DNA of 62,950 bases, the filler included. It is 4 parts of 4 records of this genome, joined end to end, with 100 filler letters (N's around TTAATTAATTAA, not from the genome) between each part and the next. Parts side by side here need not be neighbours in the genome. Positions count along the whole stretch, not along the records: positions 30,550 to 49,602 come from SRR22947727_2327; positions 49,703 to 62,950 come from SRR22947727_2332; 2 more parts are not named here. The stretch is one strand, 5' to 3'. Position 1 is the stretch's first letter. Each line of letters opens with the position of its first letter. Positions 39,428-49,703 of this stretch are shown piece by piece. The notes under the pieces were generated by a model. That model worked only from the letters and a program-made list of their open reading frames with translations. It was not told the origin of the DNA and did no database searches. Made by a program: the position numbers and the translations under genes.

Positions 39428-41358
39428 TTCAAACTTTGCTTGTTAGCAATTAGATCATTCACTACGGAAGGGTCTGCTAGTGTAGAAGTGTCACCAAGAG
39501 AATTAAAATCTCCTTCAGCAATCTTTCTAAGAATACGTCTCATAATTTTCCCTGATCTAGTCTTAGGAAGCCCAGGAGCATTTTGAATAAGATCAGGTTT
39601 AGCTATAGCACCTATCTCTTTTCCAACAAAATTTCTTAACTCTAATCTTAAGTCTTCAGTAAATACATTTCCTGTCATCAAAGTAACATAGGCATATATA
39701 CCCTGACCTTTAATAGGATGCTCAAAACCAACAACAGCCGCTTCAGCAACGTCAGGATGAAGAACTAGAGAGCTTTCAACTTCTGCTGTTCCTAGTCTAT
39801 GGCCAGATACATTAAGAACGTCATCGACTCTGCCTGTAATCCAGTAATAGCCATCAGAATCTCTTCTAGCCCCATCACCAGTAAAGTAAATTCCATCGTA
39901 CATTTTGAAATAGGTATCAATCATTCTTTTGTGATCACCATACACCGTTCGTATTTGGCTTGGCCATGAAGATTCAATAACTAAATTACCAGAATTATTT
40001 CCGTCCAATGTGTTACCTTTTTCATCGTAAAGAGCTGGCTTAACTCCGAAAAAAGGAAGTGTCGCTGATCCCGGTTTCGTGGGAGTAATTCCAGATATTG
40101 GCGAAATAAGCACTGACCCCGTTTCTGTTTGCCACCAGGTATCAACTATATCGCAATTTGAGTTACCCACTATCTTGTAATACCAATCCCAAGCCTCAGG
40201 ATTGATTGGCTCACCAACAGTGCCTAATACTCTCAAGCTTGTTCTATTTGTTGAAAGAACAGGTTCATTGCCTTGCGCCATCAATGCTCTTATTGCTGTG
40301 GGAGCAGTATAAAAAATACTGAGATCATATTTATCACATATCTCCCAGCACCTTGAAGCTGTGGGGTATGTAGGAACTCCTTCAAACATTAGTGTTGTCG
40401 TTCCATTTGATAAAGGCCCATATAAGATATAGGTATGACCTGTTATCCACCCAACATCAGCAGTACACCAATACTTATCGTCAGGCCTTATACCAAATAT
40501 ATATTTAAAACTTATATGAGCTCCAAGTAAATATCCTGCAGTTGAGTGCAATACTCCCTTTGGCTTTCCTGTTGAACCAGATGTATATAATATGAACATT
40601 GGATCTTCAGCCGCCATAGGTTCAATATCACATATAGGTTTAACATCTTTAGAGACTTTTGAGTAGCAAACGTCCAAGGCATCATTCCAAGGTATTTTTG
40701 CTGATGTTCTTGTTACAACTAAAACATTTTTAACTACACTACATTTTGAAACTGCTTCATCTACATTCTTTTTAAGAGGCACAGACCTTCCTCCTCTCAT
40801 TCCCTCATCAGCAGTAATAACTATTTCACAGCTAGCATCAATAATTCTGTCTTTGAGCGATTCTGGTGAAAAACCTCCAAATACAACTGAATGAATTGCG
40901 CCTATTCTTGTGCAAGCAAACATTGCAAAAGCAACCTCAGGAATCATTGGCATATATATACAAACCCTAGAGCCCTTTTTTACGCCTAAATTTTTTAATA
41001 CATTTGCAAACCTACAAACCTCATCATGCAGTTCTTGGAATGTTATTTGTTTGGAGTTACCAACCTCATCTCCCTCCCAGATAATTGCAGTCTTGGTGGC
41101 ATTTTCTTTTAGATGCCTATCAATGCAGTTATAGCTTACATTAAGCTCTCCACCTTCAAACCAACCTGTATCTGAAAATTTTCCGTTATGAGTTTTATCA
41201 AAACCTTTACTCCAAGAAAGATTGTCTTTTGCCAGTTCTGAAAAAAAAAGATTAGGGTCATCAATTGATTGCTCATACATAGACTGAAATTCTTCCATGC
41301 TATTGAGATGAGGGTTTTTCGCATGAGATTTCGGGCTATATATTTTTTCTTTTGTCAC
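39424..41358 (-). CDS. acs: Acetyl-CoA synthetase (copy C)
   Basis: [20 protein letters not shown] and [11 protein letters not shown] motifs. Confidence 0.98.
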   Translation of the reverse strand: MTKEKIYSPKSHAKNPHLNSMEEFQSMYEQSIDDPNLFFSELAKDNLSWSKGFDKTHNGKFSDTGWFEGGELNVSYNCIDRHLKENATKTAIIWEGDEVGNSKQITFQELHDEVCRFANVLKNLGVKKGSRVCIYMPMIPEVAFAMFACTRIGAIHSVVFGGFSPESLKDRIIDASCEIVITADEGMRGGRSVPLKKNVDEAVSKCSVVKNVLVVTRTSAKIPWNDALDVCYSKVSKDVKPICDIEPMAAEDPMFILYTSGSTGKPKGVLHSTAGYLLGAHISFKYIFGIRPDDKYWCTADVGWITGHTYILYGPLSNGTTTLMFEGVPTYPTASRCWEICDKYDLSIFYTAPTAIRALMAQGNEPVLSTNRTSLRVLGTVGEPINPEAWDWYYKIVGNSNCDIVDTWWQTETGSVLISPISGITPTKPGSATLPFFGVKPALYDEKGNTLDGNNSGNLVIESSWPSQIRTVYGDHKRMIDTYFKMYDGIYFTGDGARRDSDGYYWITGRVDDVLNVSGHRLGTAEVESSLVLHPDVAEAAVVGFEHPIKGQGIYAYVTLMTGNVFTEDLRLELRNFVGKEIGAIAKPDLIQNAPGLPKTRSGKIMRRILRKIAEGDFNSLGDTSTLADPSVVNDLIANKQSLN

Positions 41359-41361
41359 AAT

Positions 41362-42027
41362 TTAGATAATAGAAGGCTGAGGATTTATAAAATTCTTACC
41401 TTTTGGGTTTGATATAATTTTTGTTATCAAGGATTCATAATCACTATCATTAGATTCTAAGTTAATATCGGCGGCATTAATTATCAGTAGTGGAGATTCT
41501 TCATAATATAAAAAGAACCTTGAGTATGCATCATTAAGCCTTTCTAAATAATCTAATGTAAGAAATTGTTCATTAATGTTTCCTCTTTTAGTAATTCTTT
41601 CCTTCAAGACATCTATTGGAGCCTGAAGGTAAATAACTAGATCTGGAGTTGGAGCATCTATGGTCAGATGATCATAAACATTATCATATAAATTCATTTC
41701 TTCTTGCGACAGAGTTACTTCAGCAAACAATCTATCCTTCTGGATTAGAAAATCAGCAACCCTCACACTTTCAAATAAACTTCTCTGTTTGAGATCTTGA
41801 ATCTGCTGCATTCGCTGAAACAAGAAAAATAATTGAGTAGCAAGTGCAGATTGACTCGGGTTTTTATAAAAGTTTTTTAAGAAAGGGTTTTCTGCTGGAC
41901 TTTCCAAAAAAGCATCATAATTAAATGTATTAGCAATCTTATTAGCTAAAGTTGTTTTTCCAACTCCAATTGGGCCCTCAACAGCTATGTATTTTGGAAG
42001 TGGTGCTTCGTCGAATGCTGGGTTCAT
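41362..42027 (-). CDS. Deoxynucleoside kinase (copy C)
   Basis: EGPIGVGKTT, ENPFL..FY, QLFFLFQR and PDLVIYLQA motifs. Confidence 0.93.
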   Translation of the reverse strand: MNPAFDEAPLPKYIAVEGPIGVGKTTLANKIANTFNYDAFLESPAENPFLKNFYKNPSQSALATQLFFLFQRMQQIQDLKQRSLFESVRVADFLIQKDRLFAEVTLSQEEMNLYDNVYDHLTIDAPTPDLVIYLQAPIDVLKERITKRGNINEQFLTLDYLERLNDAYSRFFLYYEESPLLIINAADINLESNDSDYESLITKIISNPKGKNFINPQPSII

Positions 42028-42053
42028 CTAAATAAAATTTATTTTCTATTAGA

Positions 42054-43280
42054 TTATCTCAACTCCTCGGAGAATCCAAATTTTTTATATGAATCTTCAT
42101 CACTTTTTTCTTTGATTGAGTCGATAAGTTTTCTTTTAAGGGCGTCATCATCCTTTTGAAATTTATCCCACCAGTCACCAGGACCAACTTTAATTTTTGC
42201 CGCTCTTTCTCTTACAAGCATAAAATCAAAAGCAGCTCTAAATCTTGGGTGTCTTATAAGCTTGTATGGCTGATTGCCAATTCTGCTATGGAGCTTGAGC
42301 TGAAGGATCCAAATGTCTTTTATGTAATTATAAAACTTTCTTGGTATTGCTGTTTTCTGTTGTTGATTCTTGAGAACTTTATCCATGGATCTAAAGAACT
42401 TCCTAATGTTTATGCCTTCTTTATTTGAACATTCCTTTAACAAAGCAGGCCAAAGAAGAGCAGCTATTAGAAATCCAGGGGTCTTTGACTGATTATTTTT
42501 AACTCTAGAGTCAGTATTCTTAACCGCTTCTAGCATAACCTTCTTGGCATAATCATTATCAGGATTAGTAGCAATGAGATATTTTAATAGACCAAATGAC
42601 TCTAATTTATTAAGATTTTTTTCACCATCACCACCTAGAAATATTTTACAAAACTCATCAAACATTCTTGCATTAGATATATCTGCAAGCAAATAGCTTT
42701 TATCATAAATAGCATCTTTAACTGTGTTTTCTAATTTAAAATTAAGTTTAGAGCTAAATCGTATAGCCCTTATGCTTCTAACCGGGTCTTCTTCAAATCT
42801 TTTCTGCGGATCACCAAGGGAGACAATTATTTTTTTCTTTATATGGACTAGACCATCACTGAAATCTTTTATCTCTTCTGAAATAGGGCAATAGTAGAGG
42901 GCATTTAGGGTAAAATCTCTTCTCTTGCAATCATCTTCAATGCTGCCCCATATATTATCTCTTAAGATTTTTCCTTGATCATCCTTAACTATTTGATTAT
43001 TGCTAGATCCAGCATCTGATCTAAAGGTTGCTACTTCTATTAATTCATTCCTATTAAAAACATGAACAAGCCTAAATCTTTTTCCAATTATCCTAGATGC
43101 TTTAAATACTTTTCTAACCTGTTCTGGAGTAGCATTGGTGGCTATATCAAAATCCTTTGGAGACATATTGCACAATATATCTCTAACGCAACCACCCACA
43201 AGGTATGCCTCATAATTATTTTTCTGAAGTTCGTCTACAATTGAGATTGCAAACTTGCTGATTTTTTTGTTATCTAACAA
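42054..43280 (-). CDS. pcnB: Poly(A) polymerase I (copy C)
   Basis: VGGCVRD, PKDFDIAT, IIGKRFRLVHV PAP signature, RRDFT and HPRFRAA.DF. Confidence 0.95.
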   Translation of the reverse strand: MLDNKKISKFAISIVDELQKNNYEAYLVGGCVRDILCNMSPKDFDIATNATPEQVRKVFKASRIIGKRFRLVHVFNRNELIEVATFRSDAGSSNNQIVKDDQGKILRDNIWGSIEDDCKRRDFTLNALYYCPISEEIKDFSDGLVHIKKKIIVSLGDPQKRFEEDPVRSIRAIRFSSKLNFKLENTVKDAIYDKSYLLADISNARMFDEFCKIFLGGDGEKNLNKLESFGLLKYLIATNPDNDYAKKVMLEAVKNTDSRVKNNQSKTPGFLIAALLWPALLKECSNKEGINIRKFFRSMDKVLKNQQQKTAIPRKFYNYIKDIWILQLKLHSRIGNQPYKLIRHPRFRAAFDFMLVRERAAKIKVGPGDWWDKFQKDDDALKRKLIDSIKEKSDEDSYKKFGFSEELR

Positions 43281-43315
43281 ATCGTCTCGTCAAAATTATC
43301 ATATCTGTAAGATGA

Positions 43316-43909
43316 TTAACCATTTAATTGCTTTTCTTTGATTTCATCAAGAGTTTTGCAATCAATGCAATGAGTTGCAGTAGGCCTTGCTTCAAGTCTT
43401 TGTATTCCTATCTCATCACCGCATGAATCACACCAACCATAATCATCATTTTTTATCTTATCTAAAGAGATGCTAATTTTATTAGTCAGTTTTCTTTCTC
43501 TATCTCTTGTTCTCAGTTCAAATGCAAACTCCTCTTCTTGAGAAGCTCTATCAATAGGATCTGCATATGTTTCGCCTTTTGTTTTCAAGTGAGCAAAGGT
43601 TTTTTGCATTTCATCAAAAAGATGCTCTTTCCAATTCAGCAAAACAGCTGTGAAGTGACTTTTCATTGCAGCACTCATATATTTTTCTTTTTTCTTTGCT
43701 TTATAAGGAGCTATTTTTGATTTATTTGTAGTTGCTACAACTTTAAGTTTAGGTTTTTTCTTAACCACTGATTTTTTTGCAGGCGTCTTCTTTGCAGTAA
43801 CTTTTTTTACCGCAGATTTCTTGGCCACTACTTTTTTAGCTGCAGGCTTCTTAGCAGCTACTTTTTTTGTAGATTTTGATTTTGTTTGTGTTGTTTTTTT
43901 TGCAGGCAT
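43316..43909 (-). CDS. dksA: DksA with Lys/Ala-rich N-terminal extension (copy C)
   Basis: DPIDRASQEEE, RDRERKL and C4 Zn finger. Confidence 0.96.
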   Translation of the reverse strand: MPAKKTTQTKSKSTKKVAAKKPAAKKVVAKKSAVKKVTAKKTPAKKSVVKKKPKLKVVATTNKSKIAPYKAKKKEKYMSAAMKSHFTAVLLNWKEHLFDEMQKTFAHLKTKGETYADPIDRASQEEEFAFELRTRDRERKLTNKISISLDKIKNDDYGWCDSCGDEIGIQRLEARPTATHCIDCKTLDEIKEKQLNG

Positions 43910-43962
43910 TACTTTTATTAGTTTTTTAGGTTGGAGAAAATATCAGATAGAGGACATATTTA

Positions 43963-44964
43963 CTAGCTTTTTCTTAATTTATTTAGAATTTCCTTGTATT
44001 TGTTTTTAGGCACTCTAGGCCCAAATGTTGTAACTACAAGGGATGATGCGTAGTTTGCGAATGAAGAGCACTCTGATAGGTTATATCCTTTTAAGTATGC
44101 ATGCATGAATGAGCCTGCGAACATATCCCCAGCTCCATTGGTATCAATTGGTTCTATTTTTTCAGCAGGAGCATTTATCTCTTCACCATTTGAAACTATA
44201 GAACTACCATCGGCCCCTTTTGTTATAGCAGTAATATAATTTTTTTCTTTAAAGAAAGAGATAGCCTTATCAATGGATTGAGTCTCTGAGAAAGCAATCG
44301 CCTCATCATCATTACAGAAAATTAAATCAATCCCATATGACTCTATTTTATTAAATCTTTCCTTGAAAATTTTAACAAGTCCAGCATCTGCCAGTGATAA
44401 AGCCTTAATAATATTTTTATCTTTTAGATGCTCAAGAACTGAAATAACTGCATTAAAGTTATCCTCGCTTGTAACCATATAGCCTTCAATGTAGAAAATT
44501 TTAGAGTTTTCAACTACACCATAATCTATGTCCTCTTTGCCTAAGAATTCACTAACACCCAACATGCTAATCATCGTTCTTTTTGCATCAGGCGTAACAA
44601 GAATTAAGCATTTTCCAGTAGGAAGATTACCATTCCGATCACTAATTCCGATATGAGCTACACCAGCCTGCTTAAGACTTTTTATATACATATTGCCATC
44701 TTTATCGTCAGCCACTCTACAAACGTGATGACACTTTGATCCATAGTTTGAAGCTGCAACTAGAGAGTTTGTAGCAGAGCCTCCACAATCTGATACAGAT
44801 TCATAACTAAGGCTTTGAAGTTTCTCAAGAATTGGTTTTTGATCTTCTGCAGAAACAAGAACCATTTGATTTGCCTCTAATCCAAACTCTTCAAGAAACT
44901 TATAATCAACCATAAACTGAGTATCAACCAATGCATTTCCAAGGGCACTAATGTCATATTGCAT
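43963..44964 (-). CDS. PfkB-family (adenosine kinase-like) kinase
   Basis: GNALVD, GGSATN, TPDAKRTM and DTNGAGD motifs. Confidence 0.9.
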   Translation of the reverse strand: MQYDISALGNALVDTQFMVDYKFLEEFGLEANQMVLVSAEDQKPILEKLQSLSYESVSDCGGSATNSLVAASNYGSKCHHVCRVADDKDGNMYIKSLKQAGVAHIGISDRNGNLPTGKCLILVTPDAKRTMISMLGVSEFLGKEDIDYGVVENSKIFYIEGYMVTSEDNFNAVISVLEHLKDKNIIKALSLADAGLVKIFKERFNKIESYGIDLIFCNDDEAIAFSETQSIDKAISFFKEKNYITAITKGADGSSIVSNGEEINAPAEKIEPIDTNGAGDMFAGSFMHAYLKGYNLSECSSFANYASSLVVTTFGPRVPKNKYKEILNKLRKS

Positions 44965-46251
44965 TTAAAATTTCTCCATAATTTTTTCAATTTTTGAAAG
45001 TGTCATATCAATGACTTCATCTGAATGTGTTGAAGAAATAAAGCCTGCTTCAAACTTAGAGGGAGCAAAATATATCCCATGAAGCATACATTGAGTAAGG
45101 AACTTTATGAAAAGAGCATCATCTGTTGCTGCAACTTCGTTAAAGTTTTGAGGTAGTTTTTCAGCAAAGAAGAAGCCAAACATTCCGCCAATTTGTGAGT
45201 GAGAAAATTCAATACCTTTTGCTTGCATAATCTCTGACATACCTTCAAGCAATCTATACGACTTGCTCTCAAGTTCTTCGTAAGGTTTTTTTTCTATTAA
45301 AAGCTTTAACAATGCAGATCCAGCAGACATGGCTAATGGATTTCCAGATAATGTGCCCGCTTGATATACCGGTCCTTCCGGAGCAAGATAATCCATTATT
45401 TTTTTAGAGCCACCAAAAGCTCCAACCGGGAGACCTCCTCCAATAACCTTACCTAAAGCAGTAAGATCAGGCTTTATATTGTATATTTCTTGGGCCCCAC
45501 CCAAAGAAACTCTAAAACCAGACATAACCTCATCAAAAATCAATAATGAGTTATTTTTAATAGTTATCTCTCTTATAGTTCTAAGAAAATTCTCAGATCC
45601 AGGAACAAACCCCATATTACCTGCAATAGGTTCCACAATAACCGCAGCCACATCATCCTTTATTTCTTCAAATATTTTTGTAAACGCATCTATATCGTTA
45701 TAAGGAACACTATAAGTTAATTTAGCCAAGTCTTTTGGAACTCCAGGAGAATCTGGCAAGCCAAAGGTAGAGACACCAGAACCAGCTTTTATTAATAACG
45801 AATCAACATGGCCATGGTAGCAACCATCAAATTTTATAATCTTTTCTTTATTGGTAAACCCTCTTGCCAGCCTTATGGCGCTCATAGTTGCCTCTGTACC
45901 AGAGTTAACCATTCTAATCTTTTCAATACTTGGCACAGTTTGCTTAATAAGCTTGGCTACATCAGTCTCTAATCCAGTAGGAGCGCCATAACTTGTTCCA
46001 AGCTCTACTTGTATCTTGACTGCCTCGATAATTTTTTCATGAGAATGTCCCATTATCATTGGACCCCATGATCCTATGTAATCTATATATTTATTATCAT
46101 CAACATCATATAAAAAAGGCCCTTTAGCACTTTTAAAAAATATTGGGTTGCTCTTGATATTCTTAAATGCACGAACAGGAGAATTCACCCCTCCAGGCAT
46201 AAGTTGCTTTGCTTCCAAAAAAAGCTCTAATGATTTTTCTATTTTATTCAA
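44965..46251 (-). CDS. hemL: Glutamate-1-semialdehyde aminomutase
   Basis: MPGGVNSPVRAF, GCYHGH, DEVMSGFR and GKVIGGGLP motifs. Confidence 0.98.
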   Translation of the reverse strand: MNKIEKSLELFLEAKQLMPGGVNSPVRAFKNIKSNPIFFKSAKGPFLYDVDDNKYIDYIGSWGPMIMGHSHEKIIEAVKIQVELGTSYGAPTGLETDVAKLIKQTVPSIEKIRMVNSGTEATMSAIRLARGFTNKEKIIKFDGCYHGHVDSLLIKAGSGVSTFGLPDSPGVPKDLAKLTYSVPYNDIDAFTKIFEEIKDDVAAVIVEPIAGNMGFVPGSENFLRTIREITIKNNSLLIFDEVMSGFRVSLGGAQEIYNIKPDLTALGKVIGGGLPVGAFGGSKKIMDYLAPEGPVYQAGTLSGNPLAMSAGSALLKLLIEKKPYEELESKSYRLLEGMSEIMQAKGIEFSHSQIGGMFGFFFAEKLPQNFNEVAATDDALFIKFLTQCMLHGIYFAPSKFEAGFISSTHSDEVIDMTLSKIEKIMEKF

Positions 46252-46314
46252 TTTATAAGTGTCCTTGGAAAGGGCGTAATCATATCAAAAAATGAACCCA
46301 CATAAAAAAGCAAT

Positions 46315-46746
46315 TTAAAATTTATATACTGCAGCAAATATGCCCACTATTAAAAATAGTACTGGCAATTCGTTAAATAATCTCATTTTAAATGAGCTCC
46401 ACTTAAGACTATTACATTCAAGTTTTTTTATTATTTGATAGCAAGAGATCTGATACCAAATTAAAGCAAAAACTATACTTATTTTTAATAAGATCCAATT
46501 TTGTGATAGAAAATTATAAAAACTACCTGAAAGATAAGCCATTAGAAGACCAAATAAAACCGACAAAATGCCAAAAGGCGTAATAAATCTTATTAGACGC
46601 TTTTCCATACCTAAAAGCTGATTCTTGATATCCTGATTAGAAGTCTCTATGTGATTAACAAAAAGCCTAGGCAGATAAAATATTCCAGCGAACCATGCAA
46701 CCATAAAGAAGATATGAAAGGACTTGAAAATAAGATATAGATTCAT
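46315..46746 (-). CDS. hemJ: Protoporphyrinogen oxidase HemJ
   Basis: KSFHI...WFAG.FYLPRLFV.H and R.FNE.P motifs. Confidence 0.9.
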   Translation of the reverse strand: MNLYLIFKSFHIFFMVAWFAGIFYLPRLFVNHIETSNQDIKNQLLGMEKRLIRFITPFGILSVLFGLLMAYLSGSFYNFLSQNWILLKISIVFALIWYQISCYQIIKKLECNSLKWSSFKMRLFNELPVLFLIVGIFAAVYKF

Positions 46747-46824
46747 ATCTATTATTTTATACTGTTATGAAAATTTATTCTGTTAAGTAATAAATATTAT
46801 AAATGTAGTATATTAAGGTTAATT

Positions 46825-47169
46825 ATGACTACTGAAATCAATAATTCTATAGAACTCACAGAGGCTGCCATGTGCAGAATTAGACAAGTTATGTCCAATG
46901 ACGATGGCTTATCTTCAAAATTCAGAGTTTACGTAACTGGAGGCGGCTGTTCTGGATTTCAATACGGATTTAAATTTGATAATGATGAGGCTTTTGATGA
47001 TGACATAATTAAGTTTAAAGACTTTTCTGTGCTACTGGACTCAATGTCTTATCCCTATCTTTATGGGTCAACTTTAGATTTTAAAGAAGACCTGTCAGGC
47101 GCAAAATTCATAATTAATAATCCAAATGCCAAAACTACCTGCGGGTGCGGAGAATCCTTTACTATTTAG
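46825..47169 (+). CDS. erpA: Fe-S insertion protein ErpA
   Basis: RVYVTGGGCSGFQYGF and NPNAKTTCGCGESF motifs. Confidence 0.93.
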   Translation: MTTEINNSIELTEAAMCRIRQVMSNDDGLSSKFRVYVTGGGCSGFQYGFKFDNDEAFDDDIIKFKDFSVLLDSMSYPYLYGSTLDFKEDLSGAKFIINNPNAKTTCGCGESFTI

Positions 47170-48261
47170 AGCTTGTCAGTGTTCCCAGTAAAGCTTTTTT
47201 TGAAATTTTATTACTTATCTGAACTATAGATTGAATGTTATTCAATCTTCTAAAACCAAACCAAGCAAAGGCCATTGACTCTATAGCTTGAGAATTAAAA
47301 CCCTCGTCCTCAGAAGTTGTAACAGAAATATTTAATAGCTCAGAGATTCTTTCAACTAAAAACTTATTTTTTACACCACCGCCACATATAACAACATCAT
47401 GAGGAGATATATTATTTTTTTGAACTGCAGCAAGAATAGATGTGGCTGTAAATTCGGTTAGTGTAGCCAATATATCTTTTGGCGACTCAGATAAGAGAGT
47501 TTTGCCAATCAGTTCATAATTGAATAGCTCCTTGCCTGTTGATTTTGGAAAGGGCTCATCAAAAAATTTTAATGACATTAAGCGCTTCAATTCCTTTTGC
47601 AAAACAATACCTTTTGCTGCTACAGAACCATTTTTATCAAAAGGCCTATCAAGGTTTTTTTGACAATATGCATCCATTAATGCATTTCCTGGCCCAATAT
47701 CACTCCCAAAAAAATCATTTTTATTCTTGATATAAGTAAAGTTAGAAATTCCTCCAATATTTACAACAAGAGATTTTTTATTCTTTTTATAAAAAATATT
47801 GTGATGAAATTCTGGAACAAGAGGGGCCCCTTGACCGCCAATAGCAATATGCATCCCTCTTAAATTATCTATTACAGGTATGTTTAAATCAGCTGCTACG
47901 ATATTTGGATCTCCAAGCTGCATCGAAAATCCCTTACCTCTATTTATTTCATGCCAGACAGTTTGGCCTGATAAAGCAATACTCTTTATATCTTTCTTTT
48001 GAACCCCGCTCAGCAAGATAGACTTTTCAATTGCCCTTGAATACATCTCACCAATTTCTTTATTTATCTTACCTAGTGAGCTTAATGAAATCTCACTAGA
48101 CTCTATTAAATTTTTTATCTCAGTTTGATTTTTTTTTGGAATTTTGATGCTATGAAAAAATTCTAGATTAACTTTCTGATTAACTGTTATAAAGATACAT
48201 CTATAGCATCACAACTTGTTCCGGTCATGACGCCTATATATATTGACTTACCCGTTTTCAT
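47162..48261 (-). pseudogene. anmK: Anhydro-N-acetylmuramic acid kinase, single frameshift near 48191-48193
   Basis: N-terminus MKTGKSIYIGVMTGTSCDAIDVS ends at TAA. Adding one T restores the frame into GQTV.H, GGQGAPLVP, NIGGISN and PKSTGKE. May be a sequencing error. Confidence 0.85.
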
Positions 48262-48997
48262 TTTTGCTTGAGAACTTTCTCATATCATCCAACATTAATT
48301 TATTTTTTTTAAAAAGGATATCAAAATCCATTTTTAATTTGCTAGAAAGTGGCTCTGCAGATGGGAGCTTTATCTTTACTGGGTCGGTATGTTTATTGCC
48401 AATTTTGAACTCATAATGGAGATGGGGGCCAGTAGCGAGCCCAGTACTGCCAACATATCCAATAACCTGTCCTTGTTGAATTTTCCTTCCTTTCTTTACT
48501 TTGCTCTCAAACTTATTTAAATGGCAATACCTAGTAGAATAATCATTGGTGTGTTTTAAAACAATTTCTTTACCACAACCATTGCGAACTCCAACAAATT
48601 CAACACTCCCAGATCCCGTGGCTCTAACAGGGGAGCCTCTTGGTGCAGCATAATCAACACCATTGTGAGCTCTTATGGTATGCAGAACAGGGTGCATTCT
48701 GTTTGGATTAAAGTGGGAACTAATATAAGAAAACTCTAAGGGGGCTCTTAGGAAGGCTTTCTGTAAGTTTTCACCGTTGTTATCAAAGTAGCCCTTTTTT
48801 CCTTCTTGATCAATAAACCTATTTGCTACGTAAGTTTTATTTTGATTAGTAAACTCTGCTATCAAGATGTCACCATTCTCTACCATTTCGCCCTTAGAAT
48901 ATGGAGTTTCATAGATCACAGAAAAAGTATCACCCTTTCTAATATCAAAAACAAAATCTATATCCCATCCAAAGATGTAGGCAAGATCCATGATCAA
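48248..48997 (-). CDS. M23 peptidoglycan DD-endopeptidase (MepM-like), 5' truncated
   Basis: FGWDIDF, HNGVDYAA (HxxxD) and TGPHLHYE (HxH); N-terminal part missing. Confidence 0.9.
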   Translation of the reverse strand: MIMDLAYIFGWDIDFVFDIRKGDTFSVIYETPYSKGEMVENGDILIAEFTNQNKTYVANRFIDQEGKKGYFDNNGENLQKAFLRAPLEFSYISSHFNPNRMHPVLHTIRAHNGVDYAAPRGSPVRATGSGSVEFVGVRNGCGKEIVLKHTNDYSTRYCHLNKFESKVKKGRKIQQGQVIGYVGSTGLATGPHLHYEFKIGNKHTDPVKIKLPSAEPLSSKLKMDFDILFKKNKLMLDDMRKFSSKNENG

Positions 48998-49602
48998 ACT
49001 TCAAGGCACTCCTAATAAATTAAATGGTCCAACAGGTGAAGAAAACATCCTTATGTATAATCCAAGGGGAAGATTTCTCTGTATTAGTCCATGGAACTTT
49101 CCAGTTGCTATTTTAGTTGGTCAAATAAGTGCTGCGCTTGCTACAGGCAATGATGTCATTTCAAAGCCATCAGAACATACTCCAATTCTAGCAAGTATTA
49201 TTGTTAATATTTTTCATAGTCATGGCATTCCCATAGAAGCTCTTCAACTTGTTCTTGGTGATGGATTAAGTGGATCTGTATTAACAAAGGCTAAAAATTT
49301 AAAAGGTGTTGCCTTTACTGGATCAACTACTACGGCAAGAAAAATTCAATCCAGTCTTATTGAAAATCATAATGAGTTGATTAAGTTTATAGCAGAAACA
49401 GGTGGCCTTAATTGTATGATAGTGGACTCTAGCGCTCTATTAGAACAAGTTACTGATGATGTTATTCGTTCAGCATTTAATAGTGCCGGGCAGAGATGTT
49501 CGGCATTAAGAGTTCTGATCATTCAGGAGGATATCTATGATGATGCAAAAGAAATGATCACCGGAGCAATGCAAGTTCTGGATCTTGGACCAACTGAAGA
49601 TT
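48990..49602 (+). CDS. putA: Internal fragment of PutA P5C/glutamate semialdehyde dehydrogenase domain
   Basis: GPTGEEN, CISPWNFP, FTGST, AETGG and SAGQRCSALR; truncated at both ends. Confidence 0.9.
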
Positions 49603-49702
49603 NNNNNNNNNNNNNNNNNNNNNNNNNNNNNNNNNNNNNNNNNNNNTTAATTAATTAANNNNNNNNNNNNNNNNNNNNNNNNNNNNNNNNNNNNNNNNNN
49701 NN
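49603..49702. other. Artificial contig spacer
   Basis: 44 N + TTAATTAATTAA + 44 N. Confidence 0.99.
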
Positions 49703-49703
49703 A

